Positions 1-13,938 of a stretch of DNA of 64,000 nucleotides are shown piece by piece. This DNA is from Octopus vulgaris (Eukaryota). The first letter of the stretch is position 1. Every line of letters starts with the position of its first letter. Where the stretch lies: positions 80,104,001-80,168,000 of the forward strand of contig OX597826.1 of assembly GCA_951406725.2 (NCBI GenBank). The letters are read 5' to 3'. Both the position numbers and the translations under genes were made by a program. The notes below the pieces were generated by a model that was given only the letters and a program-made list of their open reading frames with translations, was not told the DNA's origin and made no database searches.

Positions 1-111
1 AAACATAAATATATGTCCTACGGTTTGCGGTTTCAAAGAGAGAAATCATATACAGAATTTCGTAAAGTGCATATTATATCCAAATATTTCATCCTACATT
101 CACATAAATAC

Positions 112-171
<60 letters not shown>

Positions 172-319
172 ACGTATGAGTGCATGTATGTATATAGGTA
201 TGTGTATATATATAGACACACGTACAGCCATATATATGTATATATATATATAGAGAGACATGTGTATATATATACACATATATATGTCTATACCATATAT
301 ATATAGACATATGTATGTA

Positions 320-367
<48 letters not shown>

Positions 368-401
368 TATACATATGTCTATATATAGAGACATATGTAT
401 G

Positions 402-442
<41 letters not shown>

Positions 443-1088
443 CTACATGTGCCTTTTATGTCCACGTGTTTTTGTTGTTTTTTTTCTTCTAAGCTCCATA
501 TTCGCATTCACCTCTGGTTTTTAGTGTATTTCTTTTTATTTCGCTTCGTATACGTTCGGGAAAGTCCCCTTGTGTCGTTGTTGTTGACGATGGCGAAGAA
601 AAAGGTAAGCGATGGTAGTTAGGGTAGTGGAGGTGGTGGTGCTGTTGAGTGGTAGCGGTGGTGATGATGATTGTAGCACTAGTGGCTGTTATGATGATGA
701 TGATGATGATGATGATGAGTTGAGAGAAGGGAAAGTGAAGAATGGAAATAACAGTAGACATTACGACTATGTTATATGAATGCACTTTTTGTCTGCGGTA
801 TTCAAACGGCCCCACACTCAGATTCCACATTTTTATACGATCTATGAATGGGGTTGGGGGCCTCCATTAAACTACACCATGAATGCGCCATGAGCGAGCT
901 TTTCAGAACATCGAATAATTCTTCATATTTCAACGTTTGTCTCTCCGTCTCTTCCCAAGATTTTCTGGAGTAACTCAGGTGAATAATTTACAAATTGCTG
1001 TTTTCTCCTTTACCGTTATTCGGCGACATCTAATGTTTTTTATCACCGAGTTTTAACCTTTTGAAGAAGAAACGCGCAAAATATAGGC

Positions 1089-1247
1089 GGCGCAGGATAT
1101 GGTTGCGTGGTAAGAAGGTTGCTACTCAACTACATGATTCCGGGTTCAGTCTCACTGCGTGGCACCTTGGGCAAGTGAATTTTACTATGGCCTCTGACTG
1201 ACCAAAGCCTTGTGAGTGGATTTGGTCGACGGAAGCTGAAAAACTCC

Positions 1248-1334
<87 letters not shown>

Positions 1335-1650
1335 TGTATGTATGTATATGTATATATATATATATATATATACATACATATATATACATATATATATGTG
1401 TGTGTTTTGTGTGTATGTATATATATATATATATGTATGTATGTGCATGTGCGTGTGCGTCTTTCCGAATATCTACCTCACTACTCCGTGGCAACCGGTA
1501 CTGATGTGTTTATTTCCCCATGACATAGCGCTTCGGCAAAAGAGACCGATAGCATAAGTCCCAGGTTTAACGAAAAATAACTACTGGGGTCAATTCGTTC
1601 CCCAAGGCTTGCTCCAGCATGGCTGCAGTTTAATTACTGGAACAAGTATT
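1089..1650 (+). mobile_element. SINE family D (bipartite, with internal TA/TG microsatellite)
   Basis: gtggtaag...cgggttcagtc.cactgcgtggcaccttgggcaagtg head; ctccagcatggc.gcagt tail. Confidence 0.85.
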
Positions 1651-1794
1651 ACAAATAAGAGATAAAGATATGCGTTTAAAAATCGTACCACCGCGAGCTG
1701 CGGAAAGCGGTTTAATTATTCGTCCTCGAACAAACTCTGTCCTTATGCTGCAAGAAGCGAAATACCTTCTGTGACACATTTTATAAAAGACAAT

Positions 1795-2042
1795 TTTTAT
1801 GTTTTTGGATTTGGTTTGCAAGATTCTTCATGTGAGTTTACATGTTGAAGCATGTTCTGTTGTGTCTAGGGAGAGCAATTCTCTTTCAGTGCCTTATAAT
1901 TTAACACACCCACCGGTAAAATTTCCACTCACGTACTTATTTTATTTTCTAAAAGTTCCGTTGCGTCTTGCAACCTTTTCAATAGTTGTAAATATGTGGA
2001 AATTTTACCGGTGAGTGTGTTAAATTACAAGGGACTAAAACA
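1795..2042. mobile_element. Repeat with internal inversion, probably a Penelope-like fragment; second copy at 54030-54252
   Basis: Shares ggatttggtttgcaagattct...tgtgtct.gggagag with the second copy. Inverted arms aatttaacacac.caccggtaaaatttccac / gtggaaattttaccggtgagtgtgttaaatt. Confidence 0.55.
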
Positions 2043-2457
2043 CAATTTTAAAGATTTTCCTGAAATTTGTTCACGTATTTCATCAAATTTCTCTTTACGG
2101 CGCAAGAATGAAATACTTTTAGTGACAGATATGAAAACGTAACAATGGAAAAACTGAAAATAGTGGAAAGTTACAGAAGAGGCAGGGGTGGGGAAATCTA
2201 TTGTTTTTGTGGATAATTAAAGCCATGGCGAGAATGGCAAAGAAATTTAATTACGTAGTTAAAGGGGTGCGCAGCACTTTTGTAATAACATCTTAAATCT
2301 TGCATCCTTTGAGTTTAGTCATCCCAGCCCCTTTGCTTCCCGTCAATCAAATCTCGGCCCTCTTCACACTTGTCTCCTCACCAATTAATCATTTTTCATT
2401 TTCTTGTCATTTTTCTCATTCCAATCTTAACAGATTTTTATGGTTGTTACATTCATA

Positions 2458-2499
<42 letters not shown>

Positions 2500-2669
2500 T
2501 GCGTGGCAGTGTGAGTGCGCGTAATCGAGTGATAAGTGCAGATGTGTGTGTCTGTGTGTCGATGCGTTACGTACGGACAGATGTGGTTGGCTGTTTACAT
2601 ATCTGTGTGTATGTGTGTGTATACATATATATGTTTATATGCATACATGTACTTTTGGATGTATATAAG

Positions 2670-2702
<33 letters not shown>

Positions 2703-2733
2703 GCACACACACACAGAGAGACACGTGTATGTT

Positions 2734-2798
<65 letters not shown>

Positions 2799-3030
2799 GC
2801 ATATAAAGAGAGATAGGGAAAGAAGAAAAAAGGCAACATATTGAAAAGTATGATATTACAAGCAATTAGAGAGAATTAGGCAAAGTTCCAGTTATGTTAG
2901 CGGTAGCGGAGGAGGGGGTGTTCGGGGGGTAGGGGAGGGGTGGTGAAGAAGAGAAGGAACAAAATAAACAAGCAAAAATAAAAATTTTAAAAAAAGACAA
3001 AGAAAAACAAAAGAAATATCGAGAACTTAC

Positions 3031-3113
3031 AGCTTTTTATAAATATCGAGCAAGTTTGTATATCAAGGGGGAACTTTTCCAGTTTCATCGGACATGTGGC
3101 TGTCATAGTTAAT
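3031..3113 (-). CDS. Same channel, 83-nt Cys-loop exon
   Basis: ttccag|A TTA ACT...AAA AGC T|gtaagt gives (R)LTMTATCPMKLEKFPLDIQTCSIFIKS. It has C-x13-C with FPxD and the typical 83-nt size. Its first base completes the AG|A Arg codon. Confidence 0.96.
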
Positions 3114-3380
3114 CTGGAAAGGAAGGGAGAAGAAAAATTACTCTTTCTACAAGTCACATGTGGAGTTAGCATGGGTTTTACTAGATTAAATCGACAAACT
3201 TAAAGCGCAGCAGCTTAGGGATGTTGTTGTTGTTGATGATGATGCTGGTGCAGTTGGTGTTGTTTTTGTTGTTGGTGGTGATGAAGAGAAGGGGGTGGAT
3301 AGGAAAAATCACGATGGGGAGGATGGTTAAAATGACGGGGGATGGTGGTTGTAATGGTGATTGTTCTGGGTGTAAAGGAT

Positions 3381-3740
3381 AATGGTGATGATGAAGATGA
3401 TGATGATGATGAGACAATGGTGAGGATCATGATGATATGATGATGATGATGATGATGATGATGACGATGATAACGATGATGACAATGATGATGATGATGA
3501 CAATGGTGAGGATCATGATGATGATGATAATGATGATGACGGTGATGATAATGATGATGATGATGATGATGATGATGATGGTGAGGTGGTGGTGAATGAT
3601 GATGATGAAGATGATGACAATAGTAATGAAGATGCTAATGATAATGATGACGATGATGATGATGATGACAATGACGATGACAATGGTGAGGATCATGATG
3701 ATGATGATAATGATGATGACGGTGATGATAATGATGATGA

Positions 3741-3774
<34 letters not shown>

Positions 3775-3924
3775 GGTGGTGAATGATGATGATGAAGATG
3801 ATGACAATAGTAATGAAGATGCTAATGATAATGATGACGATGATGATGATGATGACAATGACGATGACAATGGTGAGGATCATGATGATGATGATAATGA
3901 TGATGACGGTGATGATAATGATGA

Positions 3925-3958
<34 letters not shown>

Positions 3959-4101
3959 GGTGGTGAATGATGATGATGAAGATGATGACAATAGTAATGA
4001 AGATGCTAATGATAATGATGACGATGATGATGATGATGACAATGACGATGACAATGGTGAGGATCATGATGATGATGATAATGATGATGACGGTGATGAT
4101 A

Positions 4102-4138
<37 letters not shown>

Positions 4139-4258
4139 CGATGATGATGATGATGATGATGATGACAATGGTGAGGATCATGATGATGATGATAACGATG
4201 ATGAATATAATGATGAATTTGTTGACGATGACGACGACGACGTTGATGATGATGTCAT
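3381..4258. repeat. Compound (GAT)n tract with higher-order 184-187-nt repeats
   Basis: The unit gaatgatgatgatgaagatgatgacaatagtaatgaagatgctaat recurs at 3594, 3781 and 3965. Confidence 0.95.
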
Positions 4259-4894
4259 GAAATCAGAAAAACAGTAAAACAGTAAGAAAAGATAGATGCA
4301 GATTCAAGGCATGGAAATTTAAACAAATATTTAACGACCCGCACAGCTCCAAGGTTACCAAGTAAGTGACGCGGGTGTAACGCGGGTGTAACGCGGGTGT
4401 AACGGGGCTCCCGAATCCAAGGGAGGACTGCGCCTTTCTAGTTATGATTAAATTCCCATACGAACTCCCAAACGAATTCGTATATGAAGCATCGCAGCTT
4501 TCAGTGTGGCTCTAAATTCTACGCAGATAAATCTGTAGAGATCTACTTTACAAAATGAAAACAACGCACTGCTAACACAGAGTGGATCAGTTTTGACTTA
4601 TAAATATTTAAACATACTTCGTAGAGTATTATGTCTGCAAAACTAAATACGGTGTCCCCTCCCAGCAATTAACAAATTGACTGAGAGTAATACACGACAT
4701 GCAGTAACTTTACGTACTGAAAATAGCAGTTAAATCTCATAGTAATTGGATCTCATCGTTTTATATAAAGGAAGGTCACATTAGAAAAATGGGATTATGG
4801 TGAGAGGAACGTTTTTGAAAATAGGTCTGATCGGTCAGTGTTGGCCTTGGTCTAAACAACAATAGCTGTGACCACAACAACAACTACTGCTCCT

Positions 4895-5040
4895 GCTACT
4901 ACTACTACTACTACTACTACTACGAATAATAATAATAAAATAATAATAATAAAATAATAATAATAAAATAATAATAATAATAATAATAAAATAATAATAA
5001 TAATAAAATAATAATAATAATAATAATAAAATAATAATAA

Positions 5041-5117
<77 letters not shown>

Positions 5118-5127
5118 TAATAATAAT
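4895..5127. repeat. (CTA)n followed by (AAT)n
   Basis: Directly visible. Confidence 0.97.
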
Positions 5128-5829
5128 ACGAAACCTACAACGATTAACTCTTTTCAAGTGTGGGTAAGGTGCTGTGATTATTTGACTACAGACTGTGATC
5201 TGAAAATGTTGGTTTAAGTACAGAGTCAATAACTGTAAGGGGAAGTTTCAAGCCTGAGCAAATTCATCTATATCACTTGATTTCTCTGTTACTGTATTGC
5301 TGGTCGCTCTACTATTATGCTGATGTTTTTCTATCGATTTTTAGAAGGTGTTTAAAGGTGAATGAAACCAAAGACAAGTTGAACGAAACGCCCAAAGCCT
5401 ATAGAAAACCGAATAAAACACATTGCGTTATTCAGCTGGTCATTATGCTCTCTTGGGCACCTCAACCGTCCTCACTGCACTAAGCATTTATAAATGTACA
5501 AAACTAATATAAGTGTATGCTTGGGTATGTGATTGCATATGTGTGTGTGTCTGTGTGTTGGTAATTATTGTATGTGTGTTTGTGTGATGAGCTTTTAACT
5601 GAACAGCCATTCAGTTCTCATTAGCCTAATTAACTTAATTGTTAACGGACTCCATAAAGCGATAGCGTTTCCAACCGTAAGCGATTGCAACAGTGAATAA
5701 CTGCCGAGCATTTCTTTATGTTAAACTACAGGAGCGTAATAATGTCCACGGACACAAGTTCGAGATGGCTGCATTTTGTTATGGCTGTTAACTCCCTATA
5801 AAACTTACAATTGAATGATATTCTTCGTC

Positions 5830-6804
5830 CAGTTCTATATTTAAGAGATTAGGAATTACGTACATTATTTACATTATTTGCGGGGGCACATGGCCTAATG
5901 GTTAGAGCAGCGGACTCGCGGGTTCGAATCTCAGACCGGGCGATGTGTGTGTTTATGAGCGAAACACCCAAACTCCACGCGGCTCTGGCAGAAGGTAATG
6001 GCCAACTTCTGCTGACTCTTTCGCCACAACTTTCTCTCACTCTTTCCTCCTGCATCTAGCAGCTCACCTGCGACGGACAGGCGTCCCGTCCAGGTGGGGA
6101 ACCTATACGCCAAGTAAACTGGGAAACCGGGAATCCGGCCTTATGAGTCAGGCATGGCTCGAGAAGGAACAAACAATTTACACTATTTACATTTGATGGA
6201 TATTTTGTCCTCATCTTGTTTGTTGTTAAGATACGAAAGATATGCGGCCCATATGACATCAGGACAGTATTCAAGAATAATACAACACTTCGCAAATATC
6301 TCCGAGTAAAACCACCAATAGAAGAGAATATGACCAAAGACTGCATGTACTCCATCCCATGCAGTAGTGGTAGGTTATACAAAGGCGAAGCATGCTGCCC
6401 CTTCAAAATAAGGGTAGATGAACATTGCACAGCTGTGACACGGGGAGATATTGATAAATCGGGTATAGCTGATCATGTATGGAAAAATGGAGACCCCTTC
6501 CCCCAGTGAGACCTTCTAAGCAGACCGAGTAGAGATATGAATAGCATATGGGAAACAGTATTAAGGGAGGATAGGAAAATATTAGATTTTTAAGCCCTAA
6601 AATTCACTCCAAAATTGTCCACGGGCATATGGCGTAGATTCCGAGTTCGATTCCAAGCAGTGACCTGAATAATAATAATAACAACATAGTAAAATACCTT
6701 AGGACTGAGAACCCAGGTACGAAATTTCCCCATGACACCTGATGAAGGCTCGAGGGTATATCAGCCCAAACGTTGTGTCAAATATCCGTCAAATGTAAAT
6801 AATG
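5830..6804 (+). mobile_element. Truncated Penelope-like element: inverted terminus, GIY-YIG endonuclease remnant, tRNA-like segment, hammerhead motif; a SINE is nested at ~5881-6175
   Basis: ORF 6216-6509 contains MYSIPCSSGRLYKGEACCPFKIRVDEH...SGIADHVW, a PLE-type GIY-YIG pattern. The terminus tacattatttacatttga.ggatattt is inverted relative to caaatatccgtcaaatgtaaataatg. Confidence 0.85.
6733..6780 (+). ncRNA. Minimal type I hammerhead motif, core mutated
   Basis: TGACAC-CTGATGA-A-GGCT..AGCC-CAAA-CGTT-GTGTCA: 6-bp stem I, with GAAA changed to CAAA. Confidence 0.7.
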
Positions 6805-6999
6805 ATATTTGTTGCAGCATTAAGTGGGAGAAAATGGGAGAGGTCATAGAGCCGTTTAAAAATAGCAACCAAATCTCCCGATAATTATATTGTCATAAAC
6901 GCAACACGAGTAAACGAGTCACGTTAGACCTTTTCCTTCTGTCTACAGCTTTGATTGTCGGATTAGAATTGGTTACAAGTTTTGACAATATCAGCAATA

Positions 7000-7720
7000 T
7001 CAACCCCAGCACACAACTGGTACTTATTTTACCAACCACTATAGGGTGTAAGGTAAAGTCGACCTTTACTAATATTGGTTTCAAATTTTGGCACAAGGCC
7101 AGTAATTTCTGGGGAGGGGTAAGTCGTTTCCATTGATCCAAGTGTTCAACTTTAACCCTTTTCCCTCCTGAAAAGATTAAAGGCAATGTCAACCTCGGCA
7201 GAATTTGAACTCGGGACATAAAGACGGACGAAATGCAGCTAAATATTTTATCCGGCGTTCTAACAATTCTGTCACCTCGCCGGCTTAACCAGTGGAATTA
7301 ATATTTATTTCTTTACTGCCTTGAAGGGGCTAAAGATAGATGGGACAAACAAGGACAGACAAAGGGATTAAATCGATTACATCGATCCCAGTGCGTAACT
7401 GGTACTTAATTTATCGACCCCGAAAGGATGAAAGGCAAAGTTGACCGTGGCGGAATTTGAACTCAGAACATAAAGACAGACGAAATACCTATTTCTTTAC
7501 TACCCACAAGGGGCTAAACACAGAGGGGACAAACAAGGACAGACAAACGGATTAAGTCGATTATATCGACCCCAGTGCGTAACTGGTACTTATTTAATCG
7601 ACCCCGAAAGAATGAAAGGCAAAGTCGACCTCGGGGAAATTTGAACTCAGAACGTAGCGGCAGACGAAATAATGCTAAGCATTTCGCCCGGCGTGCTAAC
7701 GATTCTGCCATCTCGCCGCC
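7000..7720 (-). mobile_element. Cluster of SINE family C: an old copy plus a head-to-tail dimer at 7306-7720
   Basis: Repeated atcgaccccgaaaggatgaaaggcaaagtcgacc core; head ctcgccgcct. Confidence 0.88.
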
Positions 7721-8271
7721 TTAACCGGTGGGATTAATATTATCATCGCAAAATATCAATCAAATTCAGCCGAGATTACCAGTTTAGTCCGTATCTTGTA
7801 TTTTCCATTAAATATATTAAGATGTCTTCTGTTTTTTATTTTTTTTATTTTCTATAATTCCAAGTTGACAAATAAGTGATGAGGTTATAGAAATGAATCG
7901 CCTACGAAAGGGAATACGAAATAAAGCGTCCTAAAGGTGGAAATGTGTTGACTAAAATACTGATGTGATTTATGCATACGACTGAGGGAGGACAGACGGG
8001 ATTATGACTTTGTACTGGTTATTAAGATATCTATAATTCGCATGTCTGTGTGTTGCGTTAAGACATCTGATTTCAGAACTATTATACATATAGATGTGTG
8101 TGTGTGTTTGTGATTATGTGTGTATGTGTGACGTGTGTGTGCGTGTGTGACGTGTGTGTGCGTGTGTGACGTGTGTGTGCGTGTGTGACGTGTGTGTGCG
8201 TGTGTGAGAGTGTCTGCACCATTTGGCCAATCCCAGAGAAATAAGCTGCCCATCTGTTTATATACACAACC

Positions 8272-8655
8272 GTGGAAGCGCAATGGCCCAGTGGTTAGGG
8301 CAGCGGACTCGCGGTCGTAGGATCGCGGTTTCGATTCCCAGACCGGGCGTTGTGAGTGTTTATTGAGCGAAAACACATAAAGCTCCACGGGGCTCCGGCA
8401 GGGATGGTGGTGATCCCTGCTGTACTCTTTCACCACAACTTTCTCTCACTCTTACTTCCTGTTTCTGTTGTACCTGTATTTCAAAGGGCCGGCCTTGTCA
8501 CTCTCTGTGTCACGCTGAATATCCCCGAGAACTACGTTAAGGGTACATGTGTCTGTGGAGTGCTCAGCCACGTACACGTTAATTTCACGAGCAGGCTGTT
8601 CCGTTGATCGGATCAACTGGAACCCTCGTCGTCGTAACCGACGGAGTGCTTCCAT
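8272..8655 (+). mobile_element. tRNA-derived SINE family B, full length
   Basis: A box tggcccagtgg and B box gtttcgattcc. Near-identical to the copies at 41409 and 49772. TSD atacaca(a/g)cc. Confidence 0.9.
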
Positions 8656-8742
8656 ACACAGCCAATTGTCTACATTACACGCATACATTTATGTATATAT
8701 GTGTATGTATATATGTGCTTGTGTGTGTGTGCCCATCTGTGC

Positions 8743-8788
<46 letters not shown>

Positions 8789-8975
8789 GCAGATAATATT
8801 GCCATCTAGTGAAGCGAACACGGAATTACCCATCGGGGGAATCTACAGTGGGAGTGACAACTGCTAGTTATAAATGTTAAGTACTAATCGATGCGGTTAG
8901 CCGTAACCGGGAAGGTAAGTGAGAGCTATAATGCCTGGATAATATATCTATCTAAAGATAAACACACACTCACAA

Positions 8976-9067
<92 letters not shown>

Positions 9068-9560
9068 TTATATTCGAAACTTAGAACCAGTTTCCTAATT
9101 ATTTAAAAGTATATATTTTTCTGAAATCAAATCATTTGTTGTGTCTAGAGATTAAAAACAAAAAGTGTTTATAATCTTCCATCTCCAATATTTTATAATC
9201 AATAGTTGAAGTAGGATTTTTGTGAAGTGGTTTCTAACCATTCCTTTGAATAATGCCGGTCTTGTTTTTAATCACGCGGCTTCTAATTTGTATTATAAAG
9301 CCTGGATTACGGCAGCTAAGGACTTATTGCTTCCACAAGTTCTTGATATCAGATTTACTTGGAAGACTTTATATAAAGTTCCAGTTTAAGCGCCCTAAAA
9401 GAACATCCTTTCTGTGATCTTGTACCTGCAGAATAACTAATATTGGTTAATGAGTGACTGTTATCGTAACGGTGTTTGGCTAGACTGGCTTCAACAAGAT
9501 TGTCTTTGATATCAAGATGCTTTGGTAATGTAATAATGTTCAGTGGTGTTTCGGTGAAGG

Positions 9561-9800
9561 AAGGCGGCGAGCTGGCAGAGACGTTAGCACGCCGGGCGAA
9601 ATGCTTAGTGGTATTTCGTCTGCCGCTATGTTCTGAGTTCAAATTCCACCGAGGTCGACTTTGCCTTTCATCCTTTCGGGGTCGATTAAATAAGTACCAG
9701 TTACGCACTGGGGTCAATATAATCGACTTTATCCGTTCGTCTGTCCTTGTTTGTCCCCTCTGTGTGAAGCCCCTTGTGAGTAGTAAAAAAATAGGTATTT
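9561..9800 (+). mobile_element. SINE family C, full length
   Basis: aggcggcgagctggcaga...gagttcaaattcc...gcctttcatcctttcggggtcgat. Confidence 0.9.
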
Positions 9801-9802
9801 GG

Positions 9803-10095
9803 GTGAAGGCGCGTGGCTTATTGGTTAGGGTGTTCGGCTTACGATTGTAAGGACGTGAGTTCAATTACCGGCGTGTTCTTGTGCAAGATATTTTATTTCA
9901 CGTTGCTCCAGGCCACTCAGCTGGCGAAAATGTGTTCTACCTTTATTTCAAAGAGCCAGCCTCGTCACATCCTGTATCACACTGAATCTCCTTGAGAACT
10001 AAGTTAATGGTACACGTGTCTGTGGAGTGCTCGGCCACTTGACCGCTAATTTCACGGTCAAATAGAACCCTCATCGTCACAACTGACGGACTGTC
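9803..10095 (+). mobile_element. tRNA-derived SINE family A
   Basis: gaaggcgcgtggctta.tggttag head, cttg.gcaaga.a.ttt core, and a 3' half shared with family B. Confidence 0.85.
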
Positions 10096-10798
10096 AGTGC
10101 AATGGTATCTTCAACAGAGACAAGGAGTGGACAAATACCTTGACTGCTTCATCCCACCATCACCGTTACGTCACTGTCTTTAGATAGTTTCAGCAGTTGA
10201 AACCTTCCTTGAATATTTCATTTCGTCTTCCTAGACATTTTCAGCCATGGTTACAAACTACAGAGACGACATTTCGATTCTCAGACCGGGCGTTGTGTGT
10301 GTTTATTGAGCGAAAACACCTAAAGCTCCGCGAAGCTCCGGCAGGGGGTGGTGGCGGCCCCCTGTTATACTCTTTCGCATTAACTTTCTTTCACTCTTTC
10401 TTCCTGTTTCTTGTCCCCGACTTCCTACGCAACCGATGAGCCTGGATGCGCATTCACCCATCCGTCGATGCTCTCGGTGTTCGGGGTTGACTTGCTTTCT
10501 CTTCTGCGGGTCTTACGAATAGCAAAGGACCACGCTTCGGATCTCTCCCATCTTGTGAGCTCTGGGACGAAGACGGTTCGCTCAACAGCAACAGCAACAG
10601 CACAGGGACGACATACCTATCACGTTTGACCACTGTTCCCAGGTAGCTTTAGGAAACTTCAAGTGCTGTAGATGACTGACGTCATTTTCTCTTTTCCAGT
10701 CGTTCGTATTAGAATTATTCGTGAAACAAGTCATTTTTGGCTTCCTGCCTCCAGACGTTAGATTTTGCAATCCTTCCTTATCTATGTAACGCGATATA

Positions 10799-10903
10799 CA
10801 GGTTTGGCCAAAACTCACCCGATACTAAATCAAAATTCCATAAATAATATCTCTAATTCTGTATTGACTCGAATGAGAAAATGTGTCGCTCAAGATCTTC
10901 ACC

Positions 10904-10972
<69 letters not shown>

Positions 10973-11485
10973 TTCATCATCATCATCATCATCGTCATCA
11001 TCATTATCATCATTGTCGTCGTTATCATCATCATCATCATCATCATAATCATCGTCATCATCATTATCATCATTGTCGTCGTCATCATCATCATCATCGT
11101 TTAACGTCCGTTTTCCATGTTGGCATGGGTTGGACGGTTCGACTGAGGTCTGGGAAGCCAGGAGGCTGCACCAGGTTCCAGTCTGATCTGGTAATGTTTC
11201 TACAGCTGGATGCCCTTCCTAACGCCAACCACTCCGAGAGGGGGCTGGGATCGACCACGTTCCGATGGTGCTTTTTACGTGCCACGGGCACAGGAACCAC
11301 AACTACAATTTCCATTTAATTGTGATTTGATTTGATTTTGATTTTGATTTTAATATCATTTTGAAAACTGTTCATGATGTTTCATGTTTAGATGCTTTTA
11401 TTAAATTCATTCAGTTGTTAATCATAAATAAACCTTGGAATCAAATTGCTTTGGTTTACTGTCAGGTGACTTTTGGCCAGCCCTG
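10799..11485. mobile_element. Tc1-like MITE with TA TSD; holds a nested retroelement 3' end with a (CAT)n tail
   Basis: TIRs caggtttggccaaaactcacc / ggtgacttttggccagccctg. The nested 10900-11300 segment is homologous in inverse orientation to 46638-46795. Confidence 0.8.
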
Positions 11486-11686
11486 TATTTCTTCGGTTTA
11501 ACTTATTGTTCGCTGTTGCTGCTTATTCACCGATAGACTTTAATCTCCGGATAATCTCTGACCCAACTGACGGTCTGGTTGCAACACTGTACCCCTACTA
11601 TCACAGGCAATCTGACTAGGATCCCTTTCGAAGGATACTAAAGAAAACATTTAATGTTTCTTTCCTTTTTAAACACAAACGTTCGT

Positions 11687-12010
11687 GTGAAGGCGCGTGG
11701 CTTAGTGGTTAGAGTATCCGGCGCATGATTGTAAGGTCGTGAGTTCGATTCCTGGCGACACGTTTTGTCTTTGACCAATACACTTTATTTCCCGTTGCTC
11801 CAGTCCACTCACCTGGCAAAAATGAGTAGAACCTGTATTCCAAAAATCCTACCATGTCACACACTCTGTCCCGCTGAATATCTCTGAGAGCTACGTTAAG
11901 TGTACATGTATCTGTGGAGTACTCAGCCACTTGCACGTTAAATTCACGAGCAGGCTTTTCCATTAATCAGATGAACTGGAACCCTCGTCATCGTAACCGA
12001 CAGAGTGCCA
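11687..12010 (+). mobile_element. SINE family A
   Basis: Homologous to the other family A copies. Confidence 0.88.
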
Positions 12011-12759
12011 GTAGCAGAAAATTATCGGAAAATGATTTGATGGAGATTTAGTCCCTATTTCTTGTGAGCCATGTGACCACGTAGAAGCAGTCTCGGTGGT
12101 TTATGAAGCCAGTTATTTTCCTCGGTTCTGTCCTTCTTTCGAGATTGTAATAGAAATGTATATTAACTAAGGGAATTTAGTGGTTTAACTGGAAGGGCAA
12201 AAACATCATTCATTTTTCTCGAAAGCTGACAGGTATTAATTCCATTTTGATAGCGTCATCCTGTTTAAAATCGATCGATTTAAAAGTGATAAATTACACG
12301 ATCAGACTACTTAAAGAATGCATTAATATAATAAACTTTAATGAAAACGATGTTTTTACACAATATTTTAATAAAAGTCAAAGATCGGTAAAGAAAATTA
12401 AGAGAAGGTAACAAAGGAGAGAAATAGAATAAAATATGATGAAGGAAAAAAGAAAACAGAAACGATTATTCTCAAAATTTGAAATTATAATTAAATGACG
12501 AGAAACAATAAATATACGTGAGGAAAGAATAATTTTTAATGGCGCTGTATTGCAGTTTCTCTCGAAGAAAATAAATTGGTACAGAGGATGTCTGTCTTTT
12601 ACCTTAGATATACACATACATATACATATGCACATATACATAGAAAGGTACACGCACTTATATACATACACACATTATATACATATATACATACTTGTAT
12701 ACAAGCATACGTATATATATATACATACATGCATACATACACACACATATATATATATA

Positions 12760-12839
<80 letters not shown>

Positions 12840-12859
12840 CAGATAGACAGACAGATATG

Positions 12860-13197
12860 TTTCTTTATTGGCCACACTAGGCTGAATACAGAGGGGACAA
12901 AATACAGAGTAGAGTTTTTCTTTCGGGAAGAAGAGAAGAAAAAAAGAAAACAAGTGGGGGCCGATCAATAAGGATCGTGTATCACAGAAATGTCCATGTA
13001 AAAAGGGAAAACAGATTAGGTATATTCGTGGAAGGAAAAGCCTACGGAAAAGACCACGGGAACCTTGGACAATAGTGTCAAGCAAAAAAACACATTACAG
13101 TATGTGAATCTCATTTTTCCTTTCTTTTTTTTTTTATTCAAGCTGGCTCCGTCGTTCACACGTGTCACCCTTGCTACATTCACCCATCTTTTTTTGA
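12860..13197 (-). mobile_element. 5'-truncated LINE-like 3' end (possibly L1/Tx1-like) embedded in (GATA)n
   Basis: Minus strand has a short reading [19 protein letters not shown], then a pyrimidine-rich UTR ending cccctctgtattcagcctagtgtggccAATAAAgaaa. Confidence 0.55.
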
Positions 13198-13200
13198 AAC

Positions 13201-13832
<632 letters not shown>

Positions 13833-13938
13833 ATTGATTAAATATTATAAATTCACCAGTGAAAAAAACATCTTTTAGGTATCTACGAGATATGTTTTTT
13901 TTTTGTTTTTGCGATATTGTGTAATTGCTAATTCTTAC

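Noticed and set aside
3427-4277. Poly-Asp, poly-Met, poly-Ile and poly-His ORFs
   Set aside because: Trinucleotide repeat open in several frames, inside an intron.
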